Assembly (NCBI GenBank): GCA_963758715.1
Contig: CAVWWK010000003.1
Location: 22,664 to 86,663, forward strand
Origin: an uncultured Actinomycetes bacterium
GTDB lineage: Bacteria; Actinomycetota; UBA4738; HRBIN12
Direction of reading: 5' to 3'
Length of the DNA stretch: 64,000 nt
Both the position numbers and the translations under genes were made by a program. Numbering within the stretch: position 1 is the first letter of the stretch; every line of letters begins with the position of its first letter. The notes under the pieces were generated by a model, which was not told the origin of the DNA, did no database searches, and saw only the letters and a list, made by a program, of their open reading frames with translations. Positions 62,885-64,000 of this stretch are shown here, piece after piece.

Positions 62885-62911
62885 CTCTGACCTGCGCTTC
62901 CGTCTCACGCT
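62885..62911. repeat. direct repeat copy A (27 nt)
   Basis: CTCTGACCTGCGCTTCCGTCTCACGCT. Matches 63800-63826 at 25 of 27 positions. Confidence 0.85.
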
Positions 62912-63011
62912 GAGGAGGAACGATACCTGAGAGACGTCCTGGCGCCGGTCACGACGACATGGTTCCTCTCGGTGCTCTAACTACCCGGTGCTCGTCTGGG
63001 ACGATTCCTCG

Positions 63012-63773
63012 ATGGATCGACGAGCGAAGCGAGATGCGTGGATAGCCACGGCACACTTGAATGCGACCCAGTTTGTCGAGCGGTTGACGCCCTTAGGTTC
63101 GCCGGAACATGTCAAGAAGGCACAGCGCTACCTGGAACCTGGGCTGAAGGACCGCGGTGGCGCCGACATCTCCATCGGCGCACGGATGGGCGATGTCTTC
63201 GCGCTGGCCAAGGAGTTCACCGATATGCCGCTGGACGAGGTGGAGGTCCTGCTGGACAGCCCGGTGCACGAGGTGCGGGTCGGCGCGGTCAGCATCATGG
63301 ACTTCCAAGCACGCAGCAAGCGCACGGCGCCTGAGCGTCGCAAGGAGCTGTTCGACCTCTACATCCGTCGCCACGACCGGATCAACACCTGGGATCTGGT
63401 GGATCGAAGCGCGCCGTACGTGGTCGGCGGCTACCTGTTCGACAAGTCGCGCGACATCCTGTACCAACTGGCCCGGTCCAAGGACATGTGTGAGCGCCGA
63501 ACGGCCATCGTCGCCACTTACTACTTCATCAGGCAGGACGACACTGCGGAGACATTCAAGATCGCCGAGGTGCTGGTCAATGACGACCACGACCTGATCC
63601 ACAAGGCCGTTGGTGGGTGGGTGCGCGAGGCCGGCAAGCGAGACCCCGACGGACTGCTGGACTTCCTCGACCGGTTCGCCGCCACGATGCCGCGCACGGC
63701 GTTGCGCTACGCCGTCGAGCACCTCGACAGGGCCCAGCGTGACCACTACATGGGCCTGAAGAAGCAGGCGTAG
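63012..63773 (+). CDS. DNA alkylation repair protein (AlkD/AlkC-like HEAT-repeat family)
   Basis: Intact ORF 62988..63773, probable ATG at 63012. AQRYLEPGLKDRGG..IGARMGDVFALAKEF, HEVRVGAVSIM, INTWDLVDRSAPYVVG, ERRTAIVATYYFIR, DLIHKAVGGWVREAG as recalled for PF08713-type proteins. Lower G+C than its neighbours. Confidence 0.8.
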   Translation: MDRRAKRDAWIATAHLNATQFVERLTPLGSPEHVKKAQRYLEPGLKDRGGADISIGARMGDVFALAKEFTDMPLDEVEVLLDSPVHEVRVGAVSIMDFQARSKRTAPERRKELFDLYIRRHDRINTWDLVDRSAPYVVGGYLFDKSRDILYQLARSKDMCERRTAIVATYYFIRQDDTAETFKIAEVLVNDDHDLIHKAVGGWVREAGKRDPDGLLDFLDRFAATMPRTALRYAVEHLDRAQRDHYMGLKKQA

Positions 63774-63788
63774 ACAAGCCGGTGCTCC

Positions 63789-63811
63789 CGCAGGTCATCC
63801 TCTGACCTGCG
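63789..63811 (+). terminator. hairpin after the alkylation-repair gene; its 3-prime arm lies inside repeat copy B
   Basis: CGCAGGTCA-TCCTC-TGACCTGCG (9-bp perfect stem) followed by CTTTCGTCTC. 16 nt after the TAG at 63771-73. Confidence 0.55.
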
Positions 63812-63826
63812 CTTTCGTCTCACGTT
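63800..63826. repeat. direct repeat copy B (27 nt)
   Basis: CTCTGACCTGCGCTTTCGTCTCACGTT. See copy A. Confidence 0.85.
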
Positions 63827-63850
63827 CTGAGTCGCGGTCGAGCCGCGCCC

Positions 63851-64000
63851 TCAGGAGCCCTGCAGGGCGGACACGTTCGCCGACGGCTCGCGAACGGCGA
63901 TCACGTTGAATGCCGGGATCGGCCGACTGGAACCCCTTGAGCGTGAGCTCACCGATGGGTTCCACTTCGACGTCTTCCTCGACCTCCGCGTGGAGACTCT
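63851..64000 (-). CDS. C-terminal end of a probable class III adenylate/guanylate cyclase domain protein (partial, one frame break)
   Basis: Hand translation: ..HAEVEEDVEVEPIGELTLKGFQ / PIPAFNVIAVREPSANVSALQGS, stop TGA 63851-53. The ELxLKG..P..V..V ending resembles cyclase catalytic-domain C-termini. This rests on weak, short evidence. Confidence 0.35.
   Translation of the reverse strand, partial: RVSTRRSRKTSKWNPSVSSRSRGSSRPIPAFNVIAVREPSANVSALQGS

Overview
A 64-kb, about 70% G+C stretch of chromosomal backbone. Almost every gene is on the minus strand. From memory, the gene order is collinear with the Mycobacterium tuberculosis Rv2533c-Rv2614c segment: nusB-efp-pepQ-aroQ/B/K/C ... aroE-mltG-ruvX-alaS ... 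rarA ... aspS-hisS ... relA-apt-secF-secD-yajC-ruvBAC-yebC-pdxTS ... pimA-acyltransferase-pgsA-HIT-thrS. With the PIM-lipid genes and a PPOX/F420-type enzyme, this points to a deep-branching member of the Actinomycetota (inference).

The main accessory content is a complete, secretin-less type IV pilus locus (8.8-22.6 kb). It lies between aroC and aroE and has several atypical components:
- a Roadblock/LC7 gene in front of pilB
- an approximately 600-aa modular PilV-like pilin
- a PilX-like protein with a beta-helix repeat region
- a DNA-binding-domain-only HTH abutting pilM

Other departures from the backbone:
- an HD-domain gene translationally coupled between yajC and secD
- a SecD periplasmic insertion with four C-x10-C modules
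- a plus-strand EF-G2 paralog plus a hydrolase inside the thrS-pgsA block
- a tRNA cluster (Val, Val, Cys, and a degenerate Gly-like copy) next to a lower-GC single-gene islet flanked by 27-nt direct repeats

Caveat: roughly 30 genes, including essential ones (alaS, aspS, thrS, efp, secD), are readable only by switching frames at single-base indels. I interpret this as sequence or assembly error rather than gene decay, so many coordinates and lengths are approximate.

I recognised no CRISPR array, IS element, integrase, prophage or defence system, and I cannot point to a clear-cut novel multi-gene system. All calls come from hand translation and motif recall, with no database search.
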